Shown piece after piece: positions 32,023 to 41,598 of a stretch of DNA of 64,000 bases. The notes beneath the pieces are model-generated. The model was not told where the DNA came from, did no database searches, and was given only the letters and a program-made list of their open reading frames with translations. The number at the start of each line of letters is the position of its first letter. The stretch's first letter is position 1. The DNA comes from Nitrospinaceae bacterium (lineage in GTDB: Bacteria; Nitrospinota; Nitrospinia; Nitrospinales; Nitrospinaceae): the NCBI GenBank assembly GCA_965223665.1, contig OZ245011.1:1312001-1376000 (forward strand), in the 5' to 3' direction. A program made the position numbers and the translations under genes.

Positions 32023-32538
32023 ATGCGTGACGACCTTAAATGCATTATCTTCATAACACTTCTGCTTCTCTTTCCAAATTTGGTTTGGAGCCACGGCGGA
32101 GAAAATCACGATAGCCATAATTCAAACTCCTCTGAAATTGAATTAGAGACATCGCTTGAATCTCAATTTTCCCCGGAGGACAATACAGTAAATTTCCCTG
32201 AAATGCATGAGGATACTTCCACTCAAGAAGATACTTATGGAATAGGAGCCACGGACGGTTCTATGGAGTTAACAATACCCAAAGACCCGCTTTCGGGTTC
32301 TAAAGAAACCTCTCTTTTTGAAAAGTCTGATCCATTAGGGATGGGAGCACAACCAGAACAAAAATCTGAAAGTCATGCCGATCACTCTGGACACGATATG
32401 GGGAAAATGAAAAAGGTAAATTTAGCTGAGCATGAATGGAATGCCACGTCTCAGAAAGGTTATGGATTTGCTTTTAGTTTTACATTGATCATTCTATTCT
32501 TTTTTTTGTTACTAATGCTTAAACGACCATTTGAATAA
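32023..32538 (+). CDS. His/Met-rich exported protein with C-terminal TM anchor
   Basis: Signal peptide then HGGENHDSH; SHADHSGHDMGKM; C-terminal hydrophobic helix; start set just after the tlpA stop. Confidence 0.7.
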   Translation: MRDDLKCIIFITLLLLFPNLVWSHGGENHDSHNSNSSEIELETSLESQFSPEDNTVNFPEMHEDTSTQEDTYGIGATDGSMELTIPKDPLSGSKETSLFEKSDPLGMGAQPEQKSESHADHSGHDMGKMKKVNLAEHEWNATSQKGYGFAFSFTLIILFFFLLLMLKRPFE

Positions 32539-32571
32539 AGTTTAACACTCTTAACTTAATCTAAAAGGCCT

Positions 32572-33585
32572 ATGGCAAATGAAATTCTAAAAACATTAAA
32601 AGATCGATTAGGCCTCGGCGTTCTCGAATACGAAGTTCCTGAGCATGCGAATACCGCAAAATATTCTCTGGGAGGAATGACCCTCTCCGCTTTTAGTCTA
32701 TTGGTGTTAAGCGGAATCTTACTTTCACAGTTCTATGTTCCCCACCCGGATAGTGCAAACCAAAGTATCCATTACCTAAACGATCAAGTATTTTTAGGTT
32801 GGTTTTTGCGAGGTGTTCATTTTTGGTCTGCTGAAGTACTTACAATAGCAATGATTTTGCATTTGGTTCGAATTGTACTTACTGCCTCATATAAGGCTCC
32901 ACGGGAAGTTAATTGGTTAGTAGGAGTTGGATTGTTGGTAATGATGGTTAATCTTCTCTTTTCAGGAACGGTACTTAAATGGGATCAAGAAGCATATGAA
33001 GCACTAGCTCACTTTCTTTGGGTTGTTAAAAAAATGGGAACCCTGGGCACTCCCTTAACAGAAGACTTTGCTCCTGGAGTCCCCTTACTAAGTAGAATTT
33101 ATATGGTCCACATTTGTCTATTACCCCTAGTAACCATTCCACTCATAGGATTGCATTTATTTTATGTGAAATACCATAAGCTATCTCCACTCCCGGAAAA
33201 ACCAGATGCTAAGGAATCAATTTCTTTTACTAAACACCTTGTATTTTTAAACCGGTCAGGATTTGGAATTTTCGCCTTAGTTTGCATATTAGCTCTTCTA
33301 GTAAAACCCCCTTTAGGAGAGCCTCCTGTATTAGGAATGGAAGTAACCAAACCCCCATGGCAATTTGTTTGGCTGTACGCATTAGAAAATTTATGGGTGC
33401 CATTTTTAATCGTTGCTCCCTTGGTAATCCTTATGTTTTTGGTCGTAATCCCCTTTATTGATCGAAATCCCGAAACCTATTGGAAAAATCGACCAATTGC
33501 CACCGGGCTTTTAATATTCTGTTTAGTTCTATCAGTAGCTCTAATACTCTGGGGTAAATTCACAACCATGACCCACTCAATGTAA
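32572..33585 (+). CDS. Cytochrome b/b6-family protein (orphan)
   Basis: YSLGG, GWFLRGVHFW...HLVR, YKAPREVNW, WDQEAY, VHICLLP...LHL; four heme His; PEWY-equivalent KPPWQF. Confidence 0.9.
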   Translation: MANEILKTLKDRLGLGVLEYEVPEHANTAKYSLGGMTLSAFSLLVLSGILLSQFYVPHPDSANQSIHYLNDQVFLGWFLRGVHFWSAEVLTIAMILHLVRIVLTASYKAPREVNWLVGVGLLVMMVNLLFSGTVLKWDQEAYEALAHFLWVVKKMGTLGTPLTEDFAPGVPLLSRIYMVHICLLPLVTIPLIGLHLFYVKYHKLSPLPEKPDAKESISFTKHLVFLNRSGFGIFALVCILALLVKPPLGEPPVLGMEVTKPPWQFVWLYALENLWVPFLIVAPLVILMFLVVIPFIDRNPETYWKNRPIATGLLIFCLVLSVALILWGKFTTMTHSM

Positions 33586-33644
33586 TTTTTTCATCTCCTC
33601 TTCCCAAAGGTTTACTTTCTAAAAATATCCAGTAAAATTCAAAC

Positions 33645-33893
33645 ATGATAACAATTGAAATCATGACAAAGGACGGTTGTTCTCTATGTGAGACGGCAAA
33701 GATTACGGTGGAGAATGTAATTCAAAATTATCCTGCTGAGCTTAAAATGATAGATATTGAATCTGACCCACAATTATTCGAAAAATATAAAGAAAAAATC
33801 CCTGTTGTCTTAATCAATGGGGTAGAAAGTTTTGTTTATAAAGTCCATGAAGTTACGCTTCAAAAAAAGTTAGAAAAAATTTTAGAAAGCTAA
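33645..33893 (+). CDS. Glutaredoxin-like protein (DUF836 type)
   Basis: TKDGCSLCE, IDIE, YKEKIPVVLING. Confidence 0.88.
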   Translation: MITIEIMTKDGCSLCETAKITVENVIQNYPAELKMIDIESDPQLFEKYKEKIPVVLINGVESFVYKVHEVTLQKKLEKILES

Positions 33894-33941
33894 TATATTT
33901 ATTACCTATTCAAAAAAGTATTATTCATTCTAGAGGATATA

Positions 33942-34250
33942 ATGGTAGAAAAAACAGCCCTCACCAGTGAAGAATTAGATCAAAAAATACAGGAGTTAGC
34001 ACCAAAATGGCAAAAGGGATTAAATGAAAAGGGGATTCCATATATTTCTCGAACTCACCATGCAGGGAAATTTATGGAAGGGATCGATTTCGTTCATAAG
34101 GTGGCCGAAATGGCTGAAGAAAATAACCATCACCCCGATATTGTAATAAATTACAAACGAATCACGGTTCGTTATTGGACTCACACTGCCTCGGGTGTCA
34201 CTTTGGCTGATGTGCAAATGGCCCAAAAAATTGACCCTTTATTTGACTAA
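33942..34250 (+). CDS. Pterin-4-alpha-carbinolamine dehydratase
   Basis: AEENNHHPDI, WTH..SGVTLAD. Confidence 0.9.
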   Translation: MVEKTALTSEELDQKIQELAPKWQKGLNEKGIPYISRTHHAGKFMEGIDFVHKVAEMAEENNHHPDIVINYKRITVRYWTHTASGVTLADVQMAQKIDPLFD

Positions 34251-34264
34251 CTTAAAAAATAACT

Positions 34265-34480
34265 ATGAGATACTTCCCGGTCGTTGCAATGGCCATCTCA
34301 GCAATTAGTTTCACCCTCTACCTTTTCAATCTAGAGGGATCTTCGTTTTCTACTGATTTGTCAACAGTTTTTATTCTTCTTACCCCGGTTTTCTTCGCAT
34401 TAATTTTGATGTGGATATTAAAGTTTCCTCATCACTTCAATAAAATAGCTTCTAAAATTCTTTCCTATTGGACGAAATAA
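34265..34480 (+). CDS. Small two-TM hypothetical protein
   Basis: 71 aa, two hydrophobic segments, in line with the operon. Confidence 0.5.
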   Translation: MRYFPVVAMAISAISFTLYLFNLEGSSFSTDLSTVFILLTPVFFALILMWILKFPHHFNKIASKILSYWTK

Positions 34481-34638
34481 TCCTGATTTTCTTCCTCAGG
34501 TTTACCCCACCAAAATTCCATGTAATTCTTAATTAGCCTAAATGTGCCAACCCAAAACTAAACTCTCTTGATTTTTTTTCATTCAACCTTGACTCTATTA
34601 AATATAAACAAAACAAATTAATCAAACTCATTGCCCTT

Positions 34639-35571
34639 TTGGAATCCATCTTTTTCCTTATGGTTGATAAATCCTGCAAATTAATTTTAATAGCTTCTCT
34701 ATTCTTAACGCTATTGATTTTACCTGAATCATCGCGAGGTAAATGTTTGCATAATAAATCCATAAATTTTTTTGATGGTGGTAAAGATTCTTTAAGTTGG
34801 GAATATGAAATCAAAGATTATTTTTTAAATAAATCAGAAGGCGTCCTCAATTTACCTCCAGGTTACGCTTTTCTTCAAGGGCATTCTGCTAAAACATTTT
34901 TAAAACAACTCAATGATCAACCAACAAAAAATGTTGAGGCTGTAATGCTTAATCCAAATACTAATTCCATTTGGACTTTAAGCTATTTCGAAGTTGGTTA
35001 TATTGCTTCATTGTCGAATTTAAATTTAGACAAAGGAAAATTAGTAGAACAAATGCGTCAAACCGCTGTAGTGGAAAACCAATTTTTCGAAGGTATGGGA
35101 AAACCACCATTACTTTTTAAAAATTGGCAAGAGGAGCCAATATGGGACGAATCCAATCAAACACTTTCTTGGGCTTTAAATATTGAACAAGGAGAGAAAA
35201 AAATAGTCAATTTCATATCTCTAAAGTTGGGAAGAAAAGGATTCGAAAAATTTACTTGGATTGGGACCATTGAAGAATTCCAAATGCACTATGAAAAGAT
35301 AATTGGACTAATTACAAATTTCAATTTTTCACCCGGCAGACAATATGAAGACTATACCCAGGGAGATAAGTTAGCGAATTTGGATATTAACCAATTAGCT
35401 AAAGCTACTTTAATAGGTTCGCATACTGGTTTGAAAGAGTTATCTGGTTTGAGTGAAACTCCATACTACACTAAATACATTTATATATTTATTTTTAGCT
35501 TATTCACACTAGGAGTTGTTTGGATGGTTGTAAAAAAACTTAACGCACCTCCTCAGCTTCAAAGAATTTAA
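34639..35571 (+). CDS. DUF2167-like membrane-anchored protein
   Basis: LNLPPGYAFL, GYI, WQEEPIWD...LSWAL, KLGRKGF, FSPGRQYEDYTQGDKLA; C-terminal TM. Confidence 0.75.
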   Translation: MESIFFLMVDKSCKLILIASLFLTLLILPESSRGKCLHNKSINFFDGGKDSLSWEYEIKDYFLNKSEGVLNLPPGYAFLQGHSAKTFLKQLNDQPTKNVEAVMLNPNTNSIWTLSYFEVGYIASLSNLNLDKGKLVEQMRQTAVVENQFFEGMGKPPLLFKNWQEEPIWDESNQTLSWALNIEQGEKKIVNFISLKLGRKGFEKFTWIGTIEEFQMHYEKIIGLITNFNFSPGRQYEDYTQGDKLANLDINQLAKATLIGSHTGLKELSGLSETPYYTKYIYIFIFSLFTLGVVWMVVKKLNAPPQLQRI

Positions 35572-35634
35572 TTTATGAAACTTAAATTCTCAATTCTTAT
35601 GAAAAACAAATAGGCTTTTATACTGGAGAGTGCA

Positions 35635-36390
35635 ATGAAACGTGGATTTTATTTTTTTTCATTTTTAATAATAATATTTATTTCAACTCTTACTTATGCG
35701 GAGTCACAAGAGTACCCATCTACTCTTGAAGAAGCTCTAATGGAAATTCAATCATTGCCCTGGGATTATGAAAAAAATGATTATACTTTGCCAGAATCAC
35801 ACAGCACTCTCCTTCTTCCAGACAAATATTTGCTGGCTAGAGGAGATGTTGCTCGAAGATTTATGTTTTTAAACCAAGGTTTTCCCTGGCCGGACACCGA
35901 AGCGGTCCTTTTCGATCCTGAAACAGCGAACCAACTCATATTTAGTTTTCACAAAATAGGGCATATTAATTTAGATTCCTGGGATGAACTTGATGCAGAT
36001 CATTTATTGCAAAAAACTATCCAACTAACGATGGAAGGTAATATCAATCGAAGAAAAAATAATCTACCGGAAGCAAAAGTTTTGGATTGGATTCAAAAAC
36101 CAACCTTGGATTTAGAAAGAAAATCCATACACTGGACTATTGAATTGGTAGAAGGGAAAACCCGAATGGCCAATTCCATAGTTCTTAAATTAGGACGCGA
36201 TGGATTTGAGCGAATAATTTGGGTTGCACCTTCTACTACTTATGAAAATTCTAAAGGATTCTTAAAAACAGTTATTCACAACTTTAAATTCAAACCAAAT
36301 TTTCGTTACGCAGACTACAAATCTGGGAGTTCCACAAAAAATTGGGGTGTAGCGCAACTTTTAAATACCATGATTAGTGGAGGGAATTAA
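35635..36390 (+). CDS. DUF2167-like exported protein (paralog lacking the TM tail)
   Basis: Signal peptide; WDELDADHLL, WIQKPTLD, KLGRDGF, FKPNFRYADY. Confidence 0.75.
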   Translation: MKRGFYFFSFLIIIFISTLTYAESQEYPSTLEEALMEIQSLPWDYEKNDYTLPESHSTLLLPDKYLLARGDVARRFMFLNQGFPWPDTEAVLFDPETANQLIFSFHKIGHINLDSWDELDADHLLQKTIQLTMEGNINRRKNNLPEAKVLDWIQKPTLDLERKSIHWTIELVEGKTRMANSIVLKLGRDGFERIIWVAPSTTYENSKGFLKTVIHNFKFKPNFRYADYKSGSSTKNWGVAQLLNTMISGGN

Positions 36391-36424
36391 TCCAAAATAA
36401 TTTATCAATAACGATGGAACCTTC

Positions 36425-37666
36425 TTAATTACTGTTTTCTTCTTCTAAAATATCATCTAGCGATTGGCGTCTTCTTGCTAAAACACTTTGGTCTCCCTCT
36501 ACAATCACTTCTGGAATCAACGGTTGAGAATTATAGTTTGAAGACATTACGAATCCATACGCGCCAGCTCCTCCAATAACAATCAAGTCTCCCGGGTTGG
36601 GCTTAGGTAGTTTTCTGGGAACAGGCTCTTCGTTTTCTTGTGTTAAAACATCTCCAGATTCACATACGGGTCCAGCAATTATTAAGTCCTGAGGAGAACC
36701 TAAGTTTTCTCCGACAAACCATATGGGATGATAAGAGCCATAAGCCATAGGTCGGATTAAATGACAAAAACCAACATTACACAAAACATAATCAAGGCGT
36801 TTTCTTCCTTCATCAAATGTATGATTTAACGCTCTCACCTCTCCTATCAAATAACCGCAGCCAGCAACAAACCGGCGCCCTGGCTCAATCTCACAAATTA
36901 TTTTTCTTCCAAAGTGCTGTTCCAATATTTTCTGTCGCTCATCTATAATAGGTTTGTAAGCATTAATATCTTGTTGTGGCAATTCTGTTCTGTATTCGTA
37001 AGGAAGACCCCCTCCAAAATTCACAGTTTCAATATCTTCAAACTCTTTGGCATAATCAACCAATTTCCCGGTAATTCTCTTCAAATGATCCATGTCACCA
37101 CCGGAACCTATATGAATATGAACACCTGAAATTATGAGACCATATTGTTGAGTTATGGATTTCACTTCATTCAAATTTTCATACCAGATACCATGTTTAC
37201 TATAAGGCCCTCCGGTATTGGTTTTCTTTGAATGACCAGCACCCTCTCCCGGATTTATTCTAATAGAAACTTTATTCGATCCTTTGCCTAATCGCTTTAA
37301 AGTTTGCCCATACTCTTCAAGCATTCCCAAAGTACCGCAATTGCAAAAAATATCATTCTCTATGCAATATTCAGCATCACTTGCAGTAAAAAAAACGTCA
37401 CTGGTAAAACAAATATCTTGCGGTTGAAAACCCGCACGTAATGCGCGTTGAACTTCCAGAACACTCACCGCATCTATTTTAATTCCCTGATTCAGCATCT
37501 CTTTAAGAATTTGAATATTGGAATTTGCTTTCATCGCATAACGCACAACTGGAGCCAGTCCTTTTAACTCCTCAATAGATTTCCGCAATAAATTTTTGCT
37601 GTAAACATAAACAGGAGTTCCATATTTTTGAGCAATCTCCCTAACATCTAAATTTTCAATCTGCAT
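36425..37666 (-). CDS. lysA: Diaminopimelate decarboxylase
   Basis: YGTPVYVY, YAMKANS (PLP Lys), HIHIGSG, EPGR, GPVCESGD, GAYGFVMSSNYN. Confidence 0.92.
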   Translation of the reverse strand: MQIENLDVREIAQKYGTPVYVYSKNLLRKSIEELKGLAPVVRYAMKANSNIQILKEMLNQGIKIDAVSVLEVQRALRAGFQPQDICFTSDVFFTASDAEYCIENDIFCNCGTLGMLEEYGQTLKRLGKGSNKVSIRINPGEGAGHSKKTNTGGPYSKHGIWYENLNEVKSITQQYGLIISGVHIHIGSGGDMDHLKRITGKLVDYAKEFEDIETVNFGGGLPYEYRTELPQQDINAYKPIIDERQKILEQHFGRKIICEIEPGRRFVAGCGYLIGEVRALNHTFDEGRKRLDYVLCNVGFCHLIRPMAYGSYHPIWFVGENLGSPQDLIIAGPVCESGDVLTQENEEPVPRKLPKPNPGDLIVIGGAGAYGFVMSSNYNSQPLIPEVIVEGDQSVLARRRQSLDDILEEENSN

Positions 37667-37963
37667 TTCATCTCCTAACCCAAGGTAAAAATTCCCAGAA
37701 GTTTATCTTAAAGTAAAATTTAGAGCAAAATTTCTTTTATTTAAGGGAAAAAAATTACGCTAATGAGTGGAATTTAATTGACTTTACTCATCATTCTGAT
37801 TAAAAATTTTAAAATAAGAATACATTCAATGAAAAGTGGATATAAAGACTATTTGAATTCTGAGTAATTCTTTCAGAACAGAACACCAAGGGATGTTAGA
37901 TGTGCAGAATACAGATAATTTTTTAAATGGCCCTCATTTCTAAACTTCCGCAATTAAATACTT

Positions 37964-39874
37964 ATGGAAAAATGGAATATAGAAAAATCACTAGAACTTT
38001 ATAATATTGAAGGTTGGGGTTCAGGCTTTTTTGGAATCAATCCTCAGGGACATTTGTACGTCCGACCGGATCATCAAAGTAAAAAAACCATCGATCTAAA
38101 AAATCTAGTCGATGATATACAATCCAAAGGATATTCTCTTCCTGCTTTAATCCGCTTTTCAGATATTTTAAAATCTAGAATCGCAGAATTAGCGGGCGCA
38201 TTTGAACGAGCAGCAACGGATCATAACTATAAAGGAACCTACTTCGGTGTTTATCCCATTAAAGTGAATCAACAGCGACAAGTAGTTGAAGAAATAGTAA
38301 AATTTGGGCGCTCCTATAAATTAGGTTTAGAAGCAGGCTCCAAACCAGAACTGCATGCTATCCTTGCTATCATGGATGACCCTGATTCACTTTTAATTTG
38401 TAATGGCTATAAAGATGAAGCTTTTATCCAATTAGCATTGATGGGAAATAAACTCGGGAAAAAAGTTTTCATTGTTGTAGAGCGATTGGAAGAGCTTAGA
38501 ACTATTATTAAAGTCGCAAAGGAACTAAATGTTGAACCTAATATTGGACTTAGGGTCAAATTGGTAAGCGCCGGTTCCGGGCGATGGGCTTCTTCCGGAG
38601 GAGAATACTCAAAATTCGGATTGAGTCCCATTGAACTAGTGGAAGCCTTAGATATTGCCAATAAGGAAAATATTTTAGACCGTATTCAACTTATTCATTT
38701 CCATCTAGGTAGTCAAATCACAAACATTCGAAGGATCAAAAGTAGTTTAAAAGAAATCGGACGTTATTATTCGGAACTAATGAAACAGGGTTGTAATATA
38801 AAATACATTGATGTCGGTGGTGGATTGGGTGTAGATTATGATGGAACTCGTTCTACATATGCTTCCAGTACAAATTACACGCTCCAAGAGTATGCCAATG
38901 ACGTGATTTATCACCTTCACGAGGTTTGCGAAGAAGAAGAACTGCCTCACCCTGATATTATTTCTGAGTCAGGCCGCGCACTTGTGGCTCATCATTCAAT
39001 TTTGGTTTTTAATGTTTTAGATATTTACTCTTTTCCAGAATTAGAAAATGAGATCCAAATTTCAGACGAGGCTCCGGCCGTCGTTCATGAATTACATTAC
39101 GTCCTTGAACAGGCAACAAACAAAAATCTTATTGAATCCTGGCATGATGCTTTGGATTTAAAGGAGCGAGCCCACAATGAGTTTTTTGTTGGAATGATTT
39201 CCCTTAATGACCGGGCCGCGGCAGACAAAATATTCTGGGGAATATGCCGAAAAATCCAGGACCTATCTTCCAGACTTAAATATTTGCCTGATGAATTAAA
39301 ATCACTAAAACAAAAGTTGGCAGATAAATACTTTTGCAACTTTTCTGTTTTTCAATCGCTACCTGATTCATGGGCGATTGACCAAGTTTTTCCCATTGTT
39401 CCGTTACAACGATTAAATGAAAAACCATCACGTGATGCCACCTTAATGGATTTAACCTGCGATTCAGACGGTATTATTGATGGTTTTATAGGTTCCCAAA
39501 ACACTGAGCAGTCTCTTCCATTACACCCTGTATCCCCTGAAGAGTCCTATCGAATAGGAATTTTTCTAGCCGGTGCTTATCAGGAAATTCTAGGTGATTT
39601 GCATAATTTATTTGGAGACACCAACACTTTCCACGTTTCTTTAAATGAAGATGGAACTCTAAATTATGAACAAATCATTGAGGGTGAAAATGTAACGGAT
39701 GTTTTAGATTATGTACAATTTCGGGCTGACGAATTGGAAGGAAGAATGGCCGCTTTCTTAATTCAGCGAGTTTATGAAGGAAAGCTCACCCAGAAAGAAG
39801 CGGACCAGTTTTTAGCTATGTACCGGGAAGGTTTGGCAGGTTATACTTATTTGATAAAACCAAATCCTGAATAA
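37964..39874 (+). CDS. speA: Biosynthetic arginine decarboxylase
   Basis: YPIKVNQ, GLEAGSKPE, HFHLGSQI, DVGGGLGVDYDG, NFSVFQSLPDSW, TCDSDG, GAYQEILGDLHNLFG. Confidence 0.96.
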   Translation: MEKWNIEKSLELYNIEGWGSGFFGINPQGHLYVRPDHQSKKTIDLKNLVDDIQSKGYSLPALIRFSDILKSRIAELAGAFERAATDHNYKGTYFGVYPIKVNQQRQVVEEIVKFGRSYKLGLEAGSKPELHAILAIMDDPDSLLICNGYKDEAFIQLALMGNKLGKKVFIVVERLEELRTIIKVAKELNVEPNIGLRVKLVSAGSGRWASSGGEYSKFGLSPIELVEALDIANKENILDRIQLIHFHLGSQITNIRRIKSSLKEIGRYYSELMKQGCNIKYIDVGGGLGVDYDGTRSTYASSTNYTLQEYANDVIYHLHEVCEEEELPHPDIISESGRALVAHHSILVFNVLDIYSFPELENEIQISDEAPAVVHELHYVLEQATNKNLIESWHDALDLKERAHNEFFVGMISLNDRAAADKIFWGICRKIQDLSSRLKYLPDELKSLKQKLADKYFCNFSVFQSLPDSWAIDQVFPIVPLQRLNEKPSRDATLMDLTCDSDGIIDGFIGSQNTEQSLPLHPVSPEESYRIGIFLAGAYQEILGDLHNLFGDTNTFHVSLNEDGTLNYEQIIEGENVTDVLDYVQFRADELEGRMAAFLIQRVYEGKLTQKEADQFLAMYREGLAGYTYLIKPNPE

Positions 39875-40192
39875 TCTTGTTCGTTTCTAAAAAATATCAA
39901 ATATAAAGTCTCATACAGAACCTCATAAATAAAAGAATCATAAATTAATTTTGAATATTTAAAGAATGAAAAACCTCAATTAGAGGAAAACTAATTCAAA
40001 TAATCATGTTTTTTTCCAATACAAATAATTTGACCCTCAGGTTTATTTAAATCTTTAAAATAAAAGGTCTAGAATCAAACCCAATTAAAAGCAAACATTT
40101 AAAAATATCGCAATAACCAATAAAATTTGACTTTCCAAATAAATATACAGCTGATATAGTATTCAAATAAGTTAATATTTTTTAGATTAATT

Positions 40193-40576
40193 ATGAATTC
40201 CAAAAAAAAAGGTACAGACGGTTTATTAGGAAACAGGCTTCGGGCTTGGAGGCAATCCATTCAGTTAAAAGGTTATGAATTGGCTGAAAAAATTGATATT
40301 AGTCCTGGCTCGTTATCGGAAATAGAATCCAATAATAGCTTGCCCTCTGCGGACACTTTAGCGAAATTGGTAAAACATTCGAATCTAAATATTTTATGGC
40401 TGTTAACGGGCGAAGGAGATATGCATAAAAAAGAAGAACATGAAATTGAAGATGAACTAGTAAATCAAGAACTAAAAGATTTATTTTGGGGGCTAAAAAG
40501 AATTATCGAAAATGGAGATAAGCAAAAAGCTGAATGTTTAAAAGGCTTTATTTGGGGTGCAGACCCAGGAAAATAA
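40193..40576 (+). CDS. XRE-family HTH transcriptional regulator
   Basis: GNRLRAWR..ELAEKIDISPGSLSEIE..NILWLLTGEG. Confidence 0.88.
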   Translation: MNSKKKGTDGLLGNRLRAWRQSIQLKGYELAEKIDISPGSLSEIESNNSLPSADTLAKLVKHSNLNILWLLTGEGDMHKKEEHEIEDELVNQELKDLFWGLKRIIENGDKQKAECLKGFIWGADPGK

Positions 40577-40614
40577 ATTAAAAATTAAACTACAAAATTT
40601 TTAAAAAAGTGTCC

Positions 40615-41598
40615 TTAATTCCTTCGACCGTAAGGCTCATTTTCAAATTTCAATTGAATATTTCTTAATAATGATTGGACGCAATCTGGGCAAGCTCGAT
40701 GAATTATTTCTTTATAAGTTTTTTGCTTAATAAATTCCTCAATTTCATGCCAGTTTTTTTCTTCATCCCTCCATTTCTTACACCATGGACAAATTTCTAA
40801 TAAGGTCTCTTTGTTGCTGGTTTTCCCATCATGCAAATTAGAATTTATTAAGGTATTATAATTTTGAAATACCAAAATCCCTCCATCAATTTTTCCCGAT
40901 TGGACAATTGAAGATAATGTTAAATCAAATGATAGAGAATTCTCTCCTTCATCCTTTTTATTAATAACTTCAAGAAAATTGAAATAAGCTCTCTCTCGAA
41001 ATACTCTTTCGAAGGCAATCTCTTCTTTATTTTTACTATAAAAAAATAGTTCTTTAAGAGGTTTTCCAATTACTTCATTCTCATTCCAACCTGTTAAAGA
41101 TTTGGCTGCTAAATTTAAAAAAGTAATCAGCCCATCATTATCAAAAATTATTATTCCCAGATTTAATTTATCCAAAGTAATGGAAAAATTGTTTTGAATT
41201 CTTAAAATCCGCAACTCTTCTTCACAATTTGATAATGCCATTTCAATATTTGCAATCAAGGTCTTTTCATTAAAAGGTTTTAACAAATAACCGAAGGCCT
41301 TAGTTTTTGTAGCTCTATTAATTGTATTTTTATCTGAATATGCAGTTAGATAAAGAACAGGTGTTCTAAAAACTTCCCAAATTTTTTTTGCACATTCAAT
41401 ACCATCAAGAGCTCCTTGAATTTTTATATCCATTAAGACTAAATCAGGTTTTGCTACATTTATCTTACCCATCAGTTCATTATAGGAAGTTGCGGTACCC
41501 ACAATTTGATATCCATTATTCTTAAGGCAATATTCAATGTCTAAGGCGACAATGGATTCATCTTCAACTATAAAAATTTTAGGGTCTTTTGTTGTCAT
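40615..41598 (-). CDS. Response regulator: REC + PAS + C-terminal Cys4 domain
   Basis: IFIVEDE, PDLVLMDI, YLTAYSD, YLLKPF; PAS ITFLNLAAKSLTGW..EVIGK; ICPWCKK...HRACPDC; start set at MTTKDP. Confidence 0.88.
   Translation of the reverse strand: MTTKDPKIFIVEDESIVALDIEYCLKNNGYQIVGTATSYNELMGKINVAKPDLVLMDIKIQGALDGIECAKKIWEVFRTPVLYLTAYSDKNTINRATKTKAFGYLLKPFNEKTLIANIEMALSNCEEELRILRIQNNFSITLDKLNLGIIIFDNDGLITFLNLAAKSLTGWNENEVIGKPLKELFFYSKNKEEIAFERVFRERAYFNFLEVINKKDEGENSLSFDLTLSSIVQSGKIDGGILVFQNYNTLINSNLHDGKTSNKETLLEICPWCKKWRDEEKNWHEIEEFIKQKTYKEIIHRACPDCVQSLLRNIQLKFENEPYGRRN

Noticed and set aside
37829-37867. 12-codon uORF upstream of speA
   Set aside because: No RBS and no Arg/Lys-run signature; expected by chance in AT-rich DNA
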